64,000 nucleotides of DNA. It comes from Candidatus Babeliales bacterium. GTDB taxonomy: Bacteria > Babelota > Babeliae > Babelales > JABCYS01. Positions within the stretch are counted from its first letter, which is position 1. Each line of letters opens with the position of its first letter. This document shows positions 9,616-19,543 of the stretch, piece after piece. The stretch is from contig JAFGJD010000004.1 in assembly GCA_016929235.1 (NCBI GenBank), positions 64,866 through 128,865 of the forward strand. The letters are read 5' to 3'. The notes beneath the pieces were generated by a model. That model had not been told where the DNA came from. It made no database searches and was given only the letters and a program-made list of their open reading frames with translations. A program made the position numbers and the translations under genes.

Positions 9616-12210
9616 ATGAAATCACTCGAGATCCGTAAAAAATTTTTCGACTTCTTTACACAACATGGCCATACCCTTGTCCCAAGCTCATCATTGATTC
9701 CCGCCGATGATCCCACATTGTTATTTGCCAATGCAGGAATGAACCAGTTCAAGGATGTCTTTCTAGGCAAAGAGAAGCGCAGCTATACCCGTGCCGTAAG
9801 CATTCAAAAATGTGTGCGTGCAGGCGGTAAGCATAATGATCTTGATAATGTCGGATTCACGAGACGGCATCTCACATTCTTCGAGATGATGGGTAACTTT
9901 TCATTTGGCGACTATTTCAAAAAAGAAGCTATTCAATTTGCTTGGAACTTTCTCACGAAAGAAATGGGATTACCCGCTGATAAACTGTATCCAACCGTAT
10001 TTGAGCAGGATGATGAGGCCTATAATCTTTGGCATACTATAATTGGCGTTCCAAAAGAACGTATTTACCGTTTAGGCGCATCAGACAATTTTTGGCAGAT
10101 GGGGGATACTGGACCGTGTGGTCCATGTTCAGAAATCTTGATGGATCTTGGTCCGGAATTTGGCTGCGGCAAAAAAACGTGTGCACCCGGATGTTCGTGT
10201 GATCGCTATTTTGAGATCTGGAACCTTGTGTTCATGCAATTTAACCGACAGCCTGACGGCACCGACCTGCCACTATCTCAAACTGGTGTCGATACCGGTA
10301 TGGGGCTTGAACGACTTACTCTTGCCGTACAAAAAGTTGGATCGGTATTTGAAACTGATTTATTCACCCCAATCATCAAAAAAATAGAACAACTTACTGG
10401 CATAATCTATAAAGATCAGGATGTAAAAGTTAAAGGAGCATTTAACGTTTTGGCTGATCACATTCGATCTTCATCTATGATCATCGCCGATGGAGCCTAT
10501 CCATCTAATGAGGGCCGTGGATACGTAGTACGTAAAATAATTCGTCGTGCCGCGCTATTTTCTCAAAAATTGTCTGACAAGCCGCTCCTCTCTGATCTAG
10601 TTCCTATCGTCGTAAAAGAGCTGGGATCAATTTACCCAGAATTGCGTGATGCCCAAGACCGTATTATCGCCCTCATAGACCAAGAGATTGAGCAGTTCTC
10701 ATCTAACCTTGTCCGTGGGCAAACAGTTCTCAATCGGTACATGTCAGAAAACACTAAGAAGCAAATTACAGGCGCAGAAGCTTTCACACTTTATGATACC
10801 TATGGATTTCCATTGGAGCTCACCCGCGTTATCGCTGAGGAAGCCGGATTTATAGTCGATATAGCAGGCTTCGAACAAGAAATGGAACAACAACGGATCC
10901 GATCTGGCAAAAAATCAAACTATGTTCAAGAAGAACTTCACCTTGATGATACTACAACAGAATTCACGGGTTACCAGGAACTTTATACATCATCACCCAT
11001 TCAAGCCCTAATAGTAGACAACGTGCGCGTACAATCAGCAGAGAAAGGACGAGTCGTTTGGATTATACCAAAACACTCTCCATTTTACGTAGAATGTGGG
11101 GGCCAGATTGGTGATCATGGAACAGTAACAATCAAAAACCATACAGCCCAAGTCACACAGCTACGGACCTTTAACAATGCCATTGGCATCGAGATAACTG
11201 CACCGACAACCCTTTCCTGCGGCGATATTATTATCCAAGAAGTCGCCAAGAAGCATCGTGCTAATATTATGAAAAATCACACCGCTACCCACCTACTACA
11301 GGCAGCGCTTGTTGAGATATTGGGAACAGGGATAAAGCAATCTGGTTCTCTGGTACATCCTGAGTACTTGCGATTTGATTTCACCTATCACAAGCAATTG
11401 AGTCCGGAAGAGATCTCCAAAATTGAACGACGCGTTAATGAAATGATCATGGAAAACATTATCGTCACAACACATGAGACAACATACCAACAGGCGCTTG
11501 ATAAAGGTGTCACCGCGTTTTTTGGCGATAAGTACAACCCTGACAGTGTCCGAGTCGTAGAAGTCCCTGGTTTCTCTGCAGAATTATGTGGCGGAACGCA
11601 TGTCCGTGCAACTGGAGACATTGGCCTCTTTAAGATTACTGATATATCAGCCCTCTCTGCTGGAAACCGCCGTATTATTGCAGTCACTGGCCCCCACGCG
11701 GTACAACTGTTTCAAGAGAGCTATATCACCATTAAAGAGTTGTGCACACTTTTTAAGGTCAAGCCACACGAGCTTATGACAGCCGTAATAAAGCAACAAG
11801 ACCAATGTAAACAAGCACAACAACAGGCTCGTGCCCTCAAGAAACAACTCATTTCGCTCAACCTTCCGCAGTGGCTTGCGTCCGCAGAAACTATTAACGG
11901 TCTTTCAATCGTTTTGCTGGAACTTCAGGGATATGGACTGGATGATCTCAGAATGCTTGCACAAGAATTGCAAACCCATAAACCAGGACTATATTGCATC
12001 TTTAATAGTGAAGGGAATAAGACCGCCTTTATAATTTCGCTACATTCTTCATTAGCGCAAAAACATAGCCTCGAGATTCTCAAGGCATTTTTACAAAAAT
12101 CGTTTAAGCTTCGTGGTGGTGGGACAAAAACCTTACTTCAAGGAGGAGGGCCACTCCTTCCACGAGGATGGGAAGAAACCCTACGAACATGGCTACAGGC
12201 ACATATATAG
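9616..12210 (+). CDS. alaS: Alanine--tRNA ligase
   Basis: 864 aa. Motifs FANAGMNQFK and WNLVFMQFNR, editing-domain HTATHLLQ, and a C-terminal DHHA1-like GGGTKTLLQGGG. Confidence 0.97.
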   Translation: MKSLEIRKKFFDFFTQHGHTLVPSSSLIPADDPTLLFANAGMNQFKDVFLGKEKRSYTRAVSIQKCVRAGGKHNDLDNVGFTRRHLTFFEMMGNFSFGDYFKKEAIQFAWNFLTKEMGLPADKLYPTVFEQDDEAYNLWHTIIGVPKERIYRLGASDNFWQMGDTGPCGPCSEILMDLGPEFGCGKKTCAPGCSCDRYFEIWNLVFMQFNRQPDGTDLPLSQTGVDTGMGLERLTLAVQKVGSVFETDLFTPIIKKIEQLTGIIYKDQDVKVKGAFNVLADHIRSSSMIIADGAYPSNEGRGYVVRKIIRRAALFSQKLSDKPLLSDLVPIVVKELGSIYPELRDAQDRIIALIDQEIEQFSSNLVRGQTVLNRYMSENTKKQITGAEAFTLYDTYGFPLELTRVIAEEAGFIVDIAGFEQEMEQQRIRSGKKSNYVQEELHLDDTTTEFTGYQELYTSSPIQALIVDNVRVQSAEKGRVVWIIPKHSPFYVECGGQIGDHGTVTIKNHTAQVTQLRTFNNAIGIEITAPTTLSCGDIIIQEVAKKHRANIMKNHTATHLLQAALVEILGTGIKQSGSLVHPEYLRFDFTYHKQLSPEEISKIERRVNEMIMENIIVTTHETTYQQALDKGVTAFFGDKYNPDSVRVVEVPGFSAELCGGTHVRATGDIGLFKITDISALSAGNRRIIAVTGPHAVQLFQESYITIKELCTLFKVKPHELMTAVIKQQDQCKQAQQQARALKKQLISLNLPQWLASAETINGLSIVLLELQGYGLDDLRMLAQELQTHKPGLYCIFNSEGNKTAFIISLHSSLAQKHSLEILKAFLQKSFKLRGGGTKTLLQGGGPLLPRGWEETLRTWLQAHI

Positions 12211-12218
12211 TTAGATGA

Positions 12219-12377
12219 TTAATGGGAGATTGAGTCGTACATTTCGCGAGCAGGAATAAATGTAATTTTCTGGTCATCGGATAGCTGCTTTGAGCGACAT
12301 TCGCATGCAGCATCCAAAGAAGAAAGTTCTAGGGAGCACGCCATACATATGATCATGGTTGTTTCTTTTTTCTGCAT
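12219..12377 (-). CDS. Small Cys-rich hypothetical protein (52 aa, CxxC...CxC)
   Basis: ATG 12377 has an AGGAG SD (12383-12387) 5 nt upstream. The sequence is MQKKETTMIICMACSLELSSLDAACECRSKQL... It lies directly downstream of pth on the same strand. I recognised no homology. Confidence 0.4.
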   Translation of the reverse strand: MQKKETTMIICMACSLELSSLDAACECRSKQLSDDQKITFIPAREMYDSISH

Positions 12378-12461
12378 AATCTCTCCTGTTGATACGATTG
12401 ATGGCTCATTTAGAAACCTCACCAGCTTATCAAATAGACATGATCCAGCAACAGGTCGCCC

Positions 12462-13010
12462 TTACGGAGCAGGCTCAGCAAAAAGCTCCTCAATCATATC
12501 ACAAGCCTTCTGAATAGCCTGATCAACCTCTGGTCTCGGTTGATTAAATTTAGTTAAAACATAATCTGCCACAGCGTCACGATCTTCTGGTCTTCCGACC
12601 CCAAACCTTAGCCTCAAAAAATCTTCGCCGTATGAGGCCATTATGGATTTAAGACCATTATGTCCACGAGCGCTTCCTCCCTCTTTAAGCTTTAAAATAC
12701 CAAAGGGTAATTCTAGCTCATCGTGAACTACCAATAGTTGGCCTGGCTTAAGCCCCATTTGCTTCAAGGAAGGAATAACAGATCCAGAAGCATTCATGAA
12801 TGTTTGCGGTTTAACTAGGAGGACATCACAATCTTGGATAGTAACATGGGCAAGTAGCATAGCCCCCTGACGTTCCCAAGACGTACCCAAGTGCTCCGCA
12901 AGCGCATCAACAATACGAAACCCTATTGAGTGGCGAGTCCAGTAATAAGATGGGCCTGGATTTCCCAAGCCCATAATAACGGTAATTTTACAGCGAGAGG
13001 CTTGCTTCAT
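12462..13010 (-). CDS. pth: Peptidyl-tRNA hydrolase
   Basis: Motifs GLGNPGPSY, RHSIGF and ARGHNGLKSI. Its start overlaps the upstream stop by 4 nt. Confidence 0.95.
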   Translation of the reverse strand: MKQASRCKITVIMGLGNPGPSYYWTRHSIGFRIVDALAEHLGTSWERQGAMLLAHVTIQDCDVLLVKPQTFMNASGSVIPSLKQMGLKPGQLLVVHDELELPFGILKLKEGGSARGHNGLKSIMASYGEDFLRLRFGVGRPEDRDAVADYVLTKFNQPRPEVDQAIQKACDMIEELFAEPAP

Positions 13011-13537
13011 GCAGTCCTGCTACCACTTTTACCTTCGTATGCCTTGTTCATGTATGCTAATAATTCTTGCGTCTTGTCAGCCTGGCTGCGCATTGCAAGT
13101 CCCGGTGATTTTGGGACAACGAGATCGTAATGATGCTCTTGCGCAAACTGTGAAACTTGGCTATCGAGTTTTTGCACAAAACGCAATTCTGCTTTTTGAC
13201 GTTCTACACGATAATCCTCAAGGGCCCGTTCCGCCTTGGTATCGAGATCACGTTTTTTGCGCACGAGAGTATTTTGTTCAGTCTCTTTGGCTGCCTCACT
13301 GAGCAGCGCTACTTTGTTTTGAAACTTAGTAACAGCGTCCTTAAGCTCGCTCTCTTCTTGCTTGATAGTATCAAATAACTTTTGATATGTTGTATCAATT
13401 TCCTCTACAAGTGCAGCACGTTCTTTTGACTTTTCCATAATTTCATCTGGATTATAGGCACAAATAGCAAGATCATTTGCACTTAAATAACCCAATCCTA
13501 AACAACATAAAACGGCAATAACCTTGTGTCTCTTCAT
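13007..13537 (-). CDS. OmpH/Skp-like periplasmic chaperone
   Basis: Signal peptide MKRHKVIAVLCCLGLGYLSA, followed by a long charged coiled-coil region (Q/E/K-rich). Size of 176 aa is typical of Skp. Confidence 0.6.
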   Translation of the reverse strand: MKRHKVIAVLCCLGLGYLSANDLAICAYNPDEIMEKSKERAALVEEIDTTYQKLFDTIKQEESELKDAVTKFQNKVALLSEAAKETEQNTLVRKKRDLDTKAERALEDYRVERQKAELRFVQKLDSQVSQFAQEHHYDLVVPKSPGLAMRSQADKTQELLAYMNKAYEGKSGSRTA

Positions 13538-13603
13538 AGACAGACCCTTTTTGATAACAAATGTGATTACAGGGCATCACTGTACTTATTTTCCTGATAT
13601 GCG

Positions 13604-16294
13604 TCAACGAGAGTCAACTCGCTGTTCGCGAGTACGAACCACCCATTTACGAGCTTCTTCAAAAAAGAATAATGGAGCTGTAAAGAGCAAGATCAGACCA
13701 AACTCTTTTGCGCTCAGCGGCACAGTTTTAAATATCCTTTGTAGCATAGGCATACGGACTACAAGCACTTGTAATACACCAACGAGTACTGTAGCAGCAA
13801 TAAGCCATCGATTAGAAAACCATCCAATTTCAAAGATTGGTTTGCGTTCTGATCTACAATTCCATGCATTGAACCACTGATATAGCGCCATGGTCACCAT
13901 CGTAAGTGTCCGAGCTTTATCTAGATCTGTGTGATAATAGAAACTAAAAATAATAAGTGATCCTAACCCCATTGGGATCGCCATATAGAGAGTCTTAATA
14001 ATCAGTGACTTATCTATGAGATAGCGACTTTTTTTGAACCAATCTTGTCGCAATAATCCGTCTTCCTTAGGTTCCATCGCCAATGCCACGTCAAGAAATC
14101 CATCAGTCACAAAATTGAGCCACAAAATCTGTGCCGCCAAAATTGGTAATGGGAAATTCAAGAGCAATGCAAACATCACGACCAAAACTTCACCAAGATT
14201 TGTAGTAAAGAAATACAATACAACACGTCGCAAAGCATAGAGAATATGGCGACCCTGCTCTACCGCACTTACAACATGCACAAATGAATCATCAAGCAGT
14301 ACAACGTCAGCAGCTGCCTTAGCGACCTCAGTACCAATTCCACCCATTGCAATACCGACATCAGCTGCAATAAGCGGCGGTGTATCATTCACGCCATCGC
14401 CCGTCATTGCAACTACTTCTCCAAGGTCATGGAATAAACGAACTATGCGCAGCTTATCCGCCGGTGTCACTCTCGCAAAAACAGTGATACGAGCAAGACG
14501 GCTCATCAATTCATCATAAGCAAGAGCCTCTAGATCCTTACCTTCGACAACCTCATCGCCTTCACGATAGATACCAACTCGTTTAGCAACATAAAGAGCC
14601 GTTTTCTTATGGTCACCTGTTGCCATCACAATATGCAAGCCCGCGTCCCGCGACTGAGAGATCATATCAATGACATCGGGACGAATAGCATCTTGGATTC
14701 CAAAGAATCCCATAAATTCAATACTCTCTAATTTGCTTTTAAAAAACGTAAGATCGTTACCATGATTTTCAACTTGATCCAAATTTAATGTAATAGCTCC
14801 AACACTTACAATCCGTAAACCTACCGCAAGCATTTTGTCGAGCGATTCTTGTGCACGAGTATCAAAATTGTGACAACGCTCTTTCATAATCTCGGGAGCA
14901 CCTACAACGAATGCTATACATTTACCGTTATATTTATAAAAACCAGCGTGATACGCATATTCGCGGTCAAAAGGAATCTCGTAAATCAAACTATATGCGT
15001 CATACACCTTCTTTTCATCTAACCCAAGTTTTTGAGCAAATATGTACATAGCTGCTTCAAGTGGTTCACCCTTGATCTTGAATATATCTCGCTCTTTCAC
15101 GTATTCAATCTCAGACCGATTCAATAATGTTCCTGCAAGTGCCAGGGCATCAATATGCGGATTCATGCCTATCATTGTTTCGGTGCCATTACACCTAATT
15201 GTCCCCTGTTTAAAATATCCAGAACCAGATATTGAACATAATTGTCCACTTACGTATACCTGAGAAACAACCATCTCATTACGAGTCAATGTTCCTGTTT
15301 TATCAAGAACAATTACTTCAGTACGACCCAACGCATCAACAGCGCGTAATCGTTTTACCAATATGTTCTTCTTGGCCATACGATGCGCACCCGTCACTAG
15401 TACCAACGTAAGTACAACAGGCAAACCTTCCGGAACCACACAAATAAATAGCGCCGTTAACATGACAAGTAAATCAGTGAAGGTTTTTCCCAATAGCAGC
15501 CCTATTCCCAACAGAGCAACACACAGGATAAAAATGAGAACCAGAACACCACGCGCAAGCCGATCAAGTTCATGTTTTAATGGCATATCAGTACGAATAC
15601 CTTCGATGCTGATATGTAAATGTCCAATTTCAGTATCAGATCCAATCGCAGTTACTATTGCCTTTCCAGATCCTGAGAGGACCGATGTTCCACGAAAAAC
15701 CATATTAATTTGATCGGCAATAGACGCCTCACGTGAAATGGTGCCACTTGTTTTTATAATACCTTCCGATTCTCCTGTAAGAAGAGCTTCATCGATTTTG
15801 AGATTATTGACCTCAATGAGACGAGCATCGGCAGGAATACGCTCTCCCTCGTGAAGCACAATAATGTCCCCAACAACAATATTTTCATCGTGAATAACCT
15901 CCTTTTCCCCATCACGCAATACAACCGATGTTGTTGTAATAAAGTGACGAAGGCGATCGAGAATATTTTGCGTTCTCCCCTCTTGGATAGTTCCTAAAAT
16001 GGCATTAAATGAAAGAACCCCACTGATAATGAATGCATCCATCTTATTGCCTACAAAAAAAATTATCGCTGCAGCGATAAGCAAAATGTAGATAAGGGGA
16101 TTTTGAAATTGCCGGACAAAGATCAAAAGAAGAGGATCGCGGGGAGGTTCAGGCAATGTATTTGGACCATGTTTTTCTAAACGTTGTCGAACCTCATTTG
16201 ATGACAACCCCTGTTCAGCACTCGTTTTATATTTTTGCAGTAGCTCATTTATAGTACTTTGATACGCTTTCACACTATACTCCTTCTCCTGCAT
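13604..16294 (-). CDS. Cation-transporting P-type ATPase (type II, Ca2+/Mg2+-like)
   Basis: TGES actuator motif (LLTGESEG), phosphorylation site VLDKTGTLT, MATGDHKKTA, and hinge MTGDGVNDTPPLIAADVGIAMG. About 10 TM segments. Confidence 0.93.
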   Translation of the reverse strand: MQEKEYSVKAYQSTINELLQKYKTSAEQGLSSNEVRQRLEKHGPNTLPEPPRDPLLLIFVRQFQNPLIYILLIAAAIIFFVGNKMDAFIISGVLSFNAILGTIQEGRTQNILDRLRHFITTTSVVLRDGEKEVIHDENIVVGDIIVLHEGERIPADARLIEVNNLKIDEALLTGESEGIIKTSGTISREASIADQINMVFRGTSVLSGSGKAIVTAIGSDTEIGHLHISIEGIRTDMPLKHELDRLARGVLVLIFILCVALLGIGLLLGKTFTDLLVMLTALFICVVPEGLPVVLTLVLVTGAHRMAKKNILVKRLRAVDALGRTEVIVLDKTGTLTRNEMVVSQVYVSGQLCSISGSGYFKQGTIRCNGTETMIGMNPHIDALALAGTLLNRSEIEYVKERDIFKIKGEPLEAAMYIFAQKLGLDEKKVYDAYSLIYEIPFDREYAYHAGFYKYNGKCIAFVVGAPEIMKERCHNFDTRAQESLDKMLAVGLRIVSVGAITLNLDQVENHGNDLTFFKSKLESIEFMGFFGIQDAIRPDVIDMISQSRDAGLHIVMATGDHKKTALYVAKRVGIYREGDEVVEGKDLEALAYDELMSRLARITVFARVTPADKLRIVRLFHDLGEVVAMTGDGVNDTPPLIAADVGIAMGGIGTEVAKAAADVVLLDDSFVHVVSAVEQGRHILYALRRVVLYFFTTNLGEVLVVMFALLLNFPLPILAAQILWLNFVTDGFLDVALAMEPKEDGLLRQDWFKKSRYLIDKSLIIKTLYMAIPMGLGSLIIFSFYYHTDLDKARTLTMVTMALYQWFNAWNCRSERKPIFEIGWFSNRWLIAATVLVGVLQVLVVRMPMLQRIFKTVPLSAKEFGLILLFTAPLFFFEEARKWVVRTREQRVDSR

Positions 16295-16308
16295 CTTGGC
16301 GTAGCGTT

Positions 16309-16337
16309 ATCATACGAATGTACCGTAAAATCTTCAA
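16309..16337 (-). promoter_or_regulatory. Candidate sigma70-type promoter for the P-type ATPase gene (TTGAAG-17 nt-TATGAT)
   Basis: On the minus strand, -35 TTGAAG is at 16337-16332 and -10 TATGAT at 16314-16309, with a 17-nt spacer. The -10 is only 14 nt from the ATG and no SD is visible, implying a very short leader. Pattern match only. Confidence 0.3.
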
Positions 16338-16483
16338 GAAAAGAGACTTTTGCGCCGTTGCGTACTGCTATCGCTCTTATTCATAAATCCCTTCAATCTG
16401 AATATTGACATGCTGGTAAAATAGAAAAGAACATCTATGAAAAGCTTTAAAAAAATGTTCATACTCCAATTCTTACGATAAAA

Positions 16484-16529
16484 AAGCTTCCCAATGATAA
16501 AAGCGAACACCGTTATCATTGGGAAGCTT
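16484..16529 (-). terminator. Rho-independent terminator downstream of the 16591..17655 gene
   Basis: Perfect 17-bp inverted repeat AAGCTTCCCAATGATAA (16484-16500) / TTATCATTGGGAAGCTT (16513-16529) with a 12-nt loop. On the minus strand it is followed by a T-run (TTTTTTATCG). Confidence 0.7.
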
Positions 16530-16590
16530 TACCCATTAATTTTTAACCTTTACACCTCGATGCTCAGCACACTGAGATGCAGTCGCCATC

Positions 16591-17655
16591 TCAGGCACGT
16601 CGTCTACGACCATCCTGTAGTTCATGAAACGCGGTTTGTAGTCCCGACTTCAGATTGGCAATATCTTCTGCTTTCCAAGTCGCATGATCACTGTGAACAA
16701 ATGTCGTCTTATCCACACGGTTGTCAAAACGACCTACAGGGATATGAAATGTCTGGCCGCGTGTAGAAACACAAATGGTGTTAGGTTTATCAGAGGTTTG
16801 TACGAGATGAGCAATATCATCACATCCATAGTCTGTATACATTACCGCCTGAGGAACACAATGATTAAGGATAGAGCCTGGATCATTTGGATTCGCGCGA
16901 GCAAGATTTTTGCGACGTGATTCTGCAGGATCAACCCATATATAAAGCAAAGATGCTTTTTCCAAAATAGCGGGGCTAAGCTGTGATAATGCATATTGAT
17001 ATCCGTATGGTTGAGGCAACGGCATTGGTGAAGATTCTGCACCACCACGCGCAAACTCAATAACAACGGTCTTATCCTTCACACCCTTTTTTGCCTCTTG
17101 GTTTTTACTTGCCAAAAGTTTCTGCGCATCCTGCTCTACCGCTTGGGCTATTTCCTTGCGCAATTTTGCATCCATTGAACTAAACACAGGAGCTGCACCG
17201 ACACTGATACGAGCCTGATCATATCGCTTAAAGAGCCACTCTGAAGCGGAACGAGGTTTATGGGTGCGTTGTGCAACAAGATCATCATAATCGTCATTCA
17301 ATAATACAGTGAGGGTTCCCCAATCTTTAGGTTCACGGAAGGGATATGCAGGAGATGCGAAAAACGGACCCTCATGTCCACGAGCCGTCATCTCATCACT
17401 CACTCTTCTCATAATATGAACATATGGGAAATCATCAAGTTGTACAGTTTCTTTGATCCCAAATTCTGAGCGGCATTCTTGAGGTGTTAAACTAGCGAGA
17501 TAATGACGCACCTCTGATTTTCCTGACGCAGGAAGTGCTAATAAAAGAAGCACGTCCACATCTTGTGTTTGTGCTTTCGTTGTTTTCTGGCTTTTGGCAG
17601 ACAGCATCCCCACAGCCGCAATAAGACAGAGTAAAGAATAGAAATATTTTCTCAT
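16591..17655 (-). CDS. Hypothetical secreted P-loop protein (6-phosphofructo-2-kinase-like Walker A)
   Basis: Signal peptide MRKYFYSLLCLIAAVGMLSA, then VLLLLALPASGKSE (Walker-A-like; compare GLPARGKT of PFK-2 kinases). The rest was unrecognised. The function is tentative. Confidence 0.65.
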   Translation of the reverse strand: MRKYFYSLLCLIAAVGMLSAKSQKTTKAQTQDVDVLLLLALPASGKSEVRHYLASLTPQECRSEFGIKETVQLDDFPYVHIMRRVSDEMTARGHEGPFFASPAYPFREPKDWGTLTVLLNDDYDDLVAQRTHKPRSASEWLFKRYDQARISVGAAPVFSSMDAKLRKEIAQAVEQDAQKLLASKNQEAKKGVKDKTVVIEFARGGAESSPMPLPQPYGYQYALSQLSPAILEKASLLYIWVDPAESRRKNLARANPNDPGSILNHCVPQAVMYTDYGCDDIAHLVQTSDKPNTICVSTRGQTFHIPVGRFDNRVDKTTFVHSDHATWKAEDIANLKSGLQTAFHELQDGRRRRA

Positions 17656-17729
17656 GACAAGCCCTCACGATAAAAATGTAAAAAACTATCGGGTGGCTAG
17701 CTTATAGAAGAGAGAGTTACGTGACAAGC

Positions 17730-18419
17730 TCAAATATTCAATCGTTGTTTGACAGCATCACTTTGCAGTTCTCGCATAGCATCAGCGCCAATCCATCGTG
17801 TTGGTTTTTCAACCGCACTCTTGAGCTCCCGTGCAACACTCACGGCCCGACTATGTAACAATGCATTGCGTTTACCAACTTGACGAAGCGCCCAATTAAC
17901 GGCCTTCTTTACAAAATTGCGGTCATCATCGGCATGCAATAAAACGGCCCTCAAGAATGGGATAAACTTTTCATCAGAAGCTTCTTTGTCTTTCACAGCA
18001 AGCACTGCCATCAAAGCAAAGCCTGCACGTCGAATAAATTCTTCGTCACGAGAGCTCCACAATAATGCCTTATTATAGACATCAGGCATTTTCCAAAAAA
18101 CATTTAGACATGCCTGGTCACAGACATCCCAGGAATCAAGACCTTTTAGCCAGCGCTCCAGTTCCTTGTTTGTAAATTTATCTGCTTCAGCAACCATTGT
18201 TGCTAACAGCCGCGCCTCATGAACCTTTGTATCCCATAACTTCTGTGCAAGCTCATGATCTTTACCAATCTCACAAGCAAGTTTACGCAGTACGGGTACC
18301 GAGACGCCATATGCTTTGATTGTTTTAATGCCAAAGCGCGCCATACCTTCTAGTAATTGAGCATCTGAGTGTACTTGGAGAGTTTTGAGAATAGTCTGTA
18401 TGCGATCTGCAATAGTCAT
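17730..18419 (-). CDS. DNA alkylation repair protein (AlkC/AlkD-like HEAT-repeat glycosylase family)
   Basis: 229 aa, all-helical. Family-typical stretches are WDVCDQ, FIRRAGFALMA and FVKKAVNWALRQVGKRN. Confidence 0.75.
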   Translation of the reverse strand: MTIADRIQTILKTLQVHSDAQLLEGMARFGIKTIKAYGVSVPVLRKLACEIGKDHELAQKLWDTKVHEARLLATMVAEADKFTNKELERWLKGLDSWDVCDQACLNVFWKMPDVYNKALLWSSRDEEFIRRAGFALMAVLAVKDKEASDEKFIPFLRAVLLHADDDRNFVKKAVNWALRQVGKRNALLHSRAVSVARELKSAVEKPTRWIGADAMRELQSDAVKQRLNI

Positions 18420-18431
18420 GAACGGCCCTTA

Positions 18432-18474
18432 AAAAATAACCACTTCATTTCAGATCGAAGTATAAAACAGTTTT
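18432..18474. repeat. 43-bp direct repeat, copy 1 (identical to 19544..19586)
   Basis: AAAAATAACCACTTCATTTCAGATCGAAGTATAAAACAGTTTT, read directly. It lies between the NUDIX stop (18493) and the alkD-like start (18419). Confidence 0.9.
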
Positions 18475-18492
18475 TAAAGTTTGACTAAAGGT

Positions 18493-18930
18493 CTAGTTAC
18501 CATGAAGCCATTCTTGTATTTTGTGAAACAGATAAGGCTGAATATCGGGATAGGTGAGAGACTCTGGAATCCCATCAAGTAGATGGACGCTACTAATTTC
18601 AAAAGGCGGTAATTCACCAAGATCGACAATTTCCGAATAACATAGAAGGCCACGACCCAACTCTACGCCTGCTTTAGACACTACGTATACACAAACAGGA
18701 GTTAATCTGAAAGTTCTAGCTCCTGTTTCTTCAAAGAGCTCTCGTCTTGCCGTGAAGAGTATCTTCTCATGTAATTCGCGGGATCCTCCCGGAATTTCGA
18801 AGGTATTTCTCTTGTTATGCCTGACAAAAACCCATTTGTCCTTAAATCGCGCAACAATGACCGCAAACTGTAATTTCTGCTCGCACGCCTCTGTGAAAGG
18901 CTCAAATGTGACCTTTGTCATTGATTCCAA
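18493..18930 (-). CDS. NUDIX hydrolase (MutT/YtkD-like)
   Basis: The Nudix box GGSRELHEKILFTARRELFEETGA fits GX5EX7REUXEEXGU. Confidence 0.85.
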   Translation of the reverse strand: MESMTKVTFEPFTEACEQKLQFAVIVARFKDKWVFVRHNKRNTFEIPGGSRELHEKILFTARRELFEETGARTFRLTPVCVYVVSKAGVELGRGLLCYSEIVDLGELPPFEISSVHLLDGIPESLTYPDIQPYLFHKIQEWLHGN

Positions 18931-18939
18931 CGCTGCATG

Positions 18940-19335
18940 TCACTCTAACTCTGATTTCGCTAGACTTGGCACAATTGATAACTCAAGCAGGTAACCTGTT
19001 TCATCTGAGATTTGCAAATTAACTGCATCTCCAAATAGTGTGAAGAATTCCGAATCAGAATAAAGAGTGCGTGTATTTTCTTTCAAGCTCCCGCAACGTA
19101 CATGGAGACAAACTTGATTTTCATTGCGTGTTGCACCAACCTCTACGTATATTCCTGCTTCATCATTCTTTAATTCTATGCACCCAGTTTCTCCCGTAGA
19201 AGGAATAATCAACTGAGGATGTGTGATAACCTCGCCATTATCAGTAAGTACCATGTCAAGCATGATATTTTCCTGATTATCGTAGGACATAATTAAGCCG
19301 CAAAAAGATAAAGCAAAAAACATGGGATACTTCAT
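18940..19335 (-). CDS. Hypothetical secreted protein (orphan)
   Basis: ATG 19335 has an AAGGAG SD (19342-19347) 6 nt upstream. Signal-like MKYPMFFALSFCGLIMS. The ORF-track start at 19374 lacks an SD. Confidence 0.6.
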   Translation of the reverse strand: MKYPMFFALSFCGLIMSYDNQENIMLDMVLTDNGEVITHPQLIIPSTGETGCIELKNDEAGIYVEVGATRNENQVCLHVRCGSLKENTRTLYSDSEFFTLFGDAVNLQISDETGYLLELSIVPSLAKSELE

Positions 19336-19543
19336 AATGAACTCCTTGTATGGAAACATGCATGTAATATGCATTGCATTATATCAATCAGGAGTCTTCT
19401 GGGCAATTATAACTTAATCTTATGCAGGTACTGAAACTCCGCAGGCCTTAGTCGGTTTGATACTAAAATACACTAGGATTTCGGTCTGGAGGGTTGTAAG
19501 AATATCGTAAACTTAGTCCTCTAAAATCATGAGCAGCCACTTC

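Noticed and set aside
16334-16519. 61-aa minus-strand ORF in the ATPase upstream region
   Set aside because: It spans the 17-bp terminator hairpin and the candidate promoter. Its hydrophobic, AT-rich translation is typical of non-coding AT-rich DNA.
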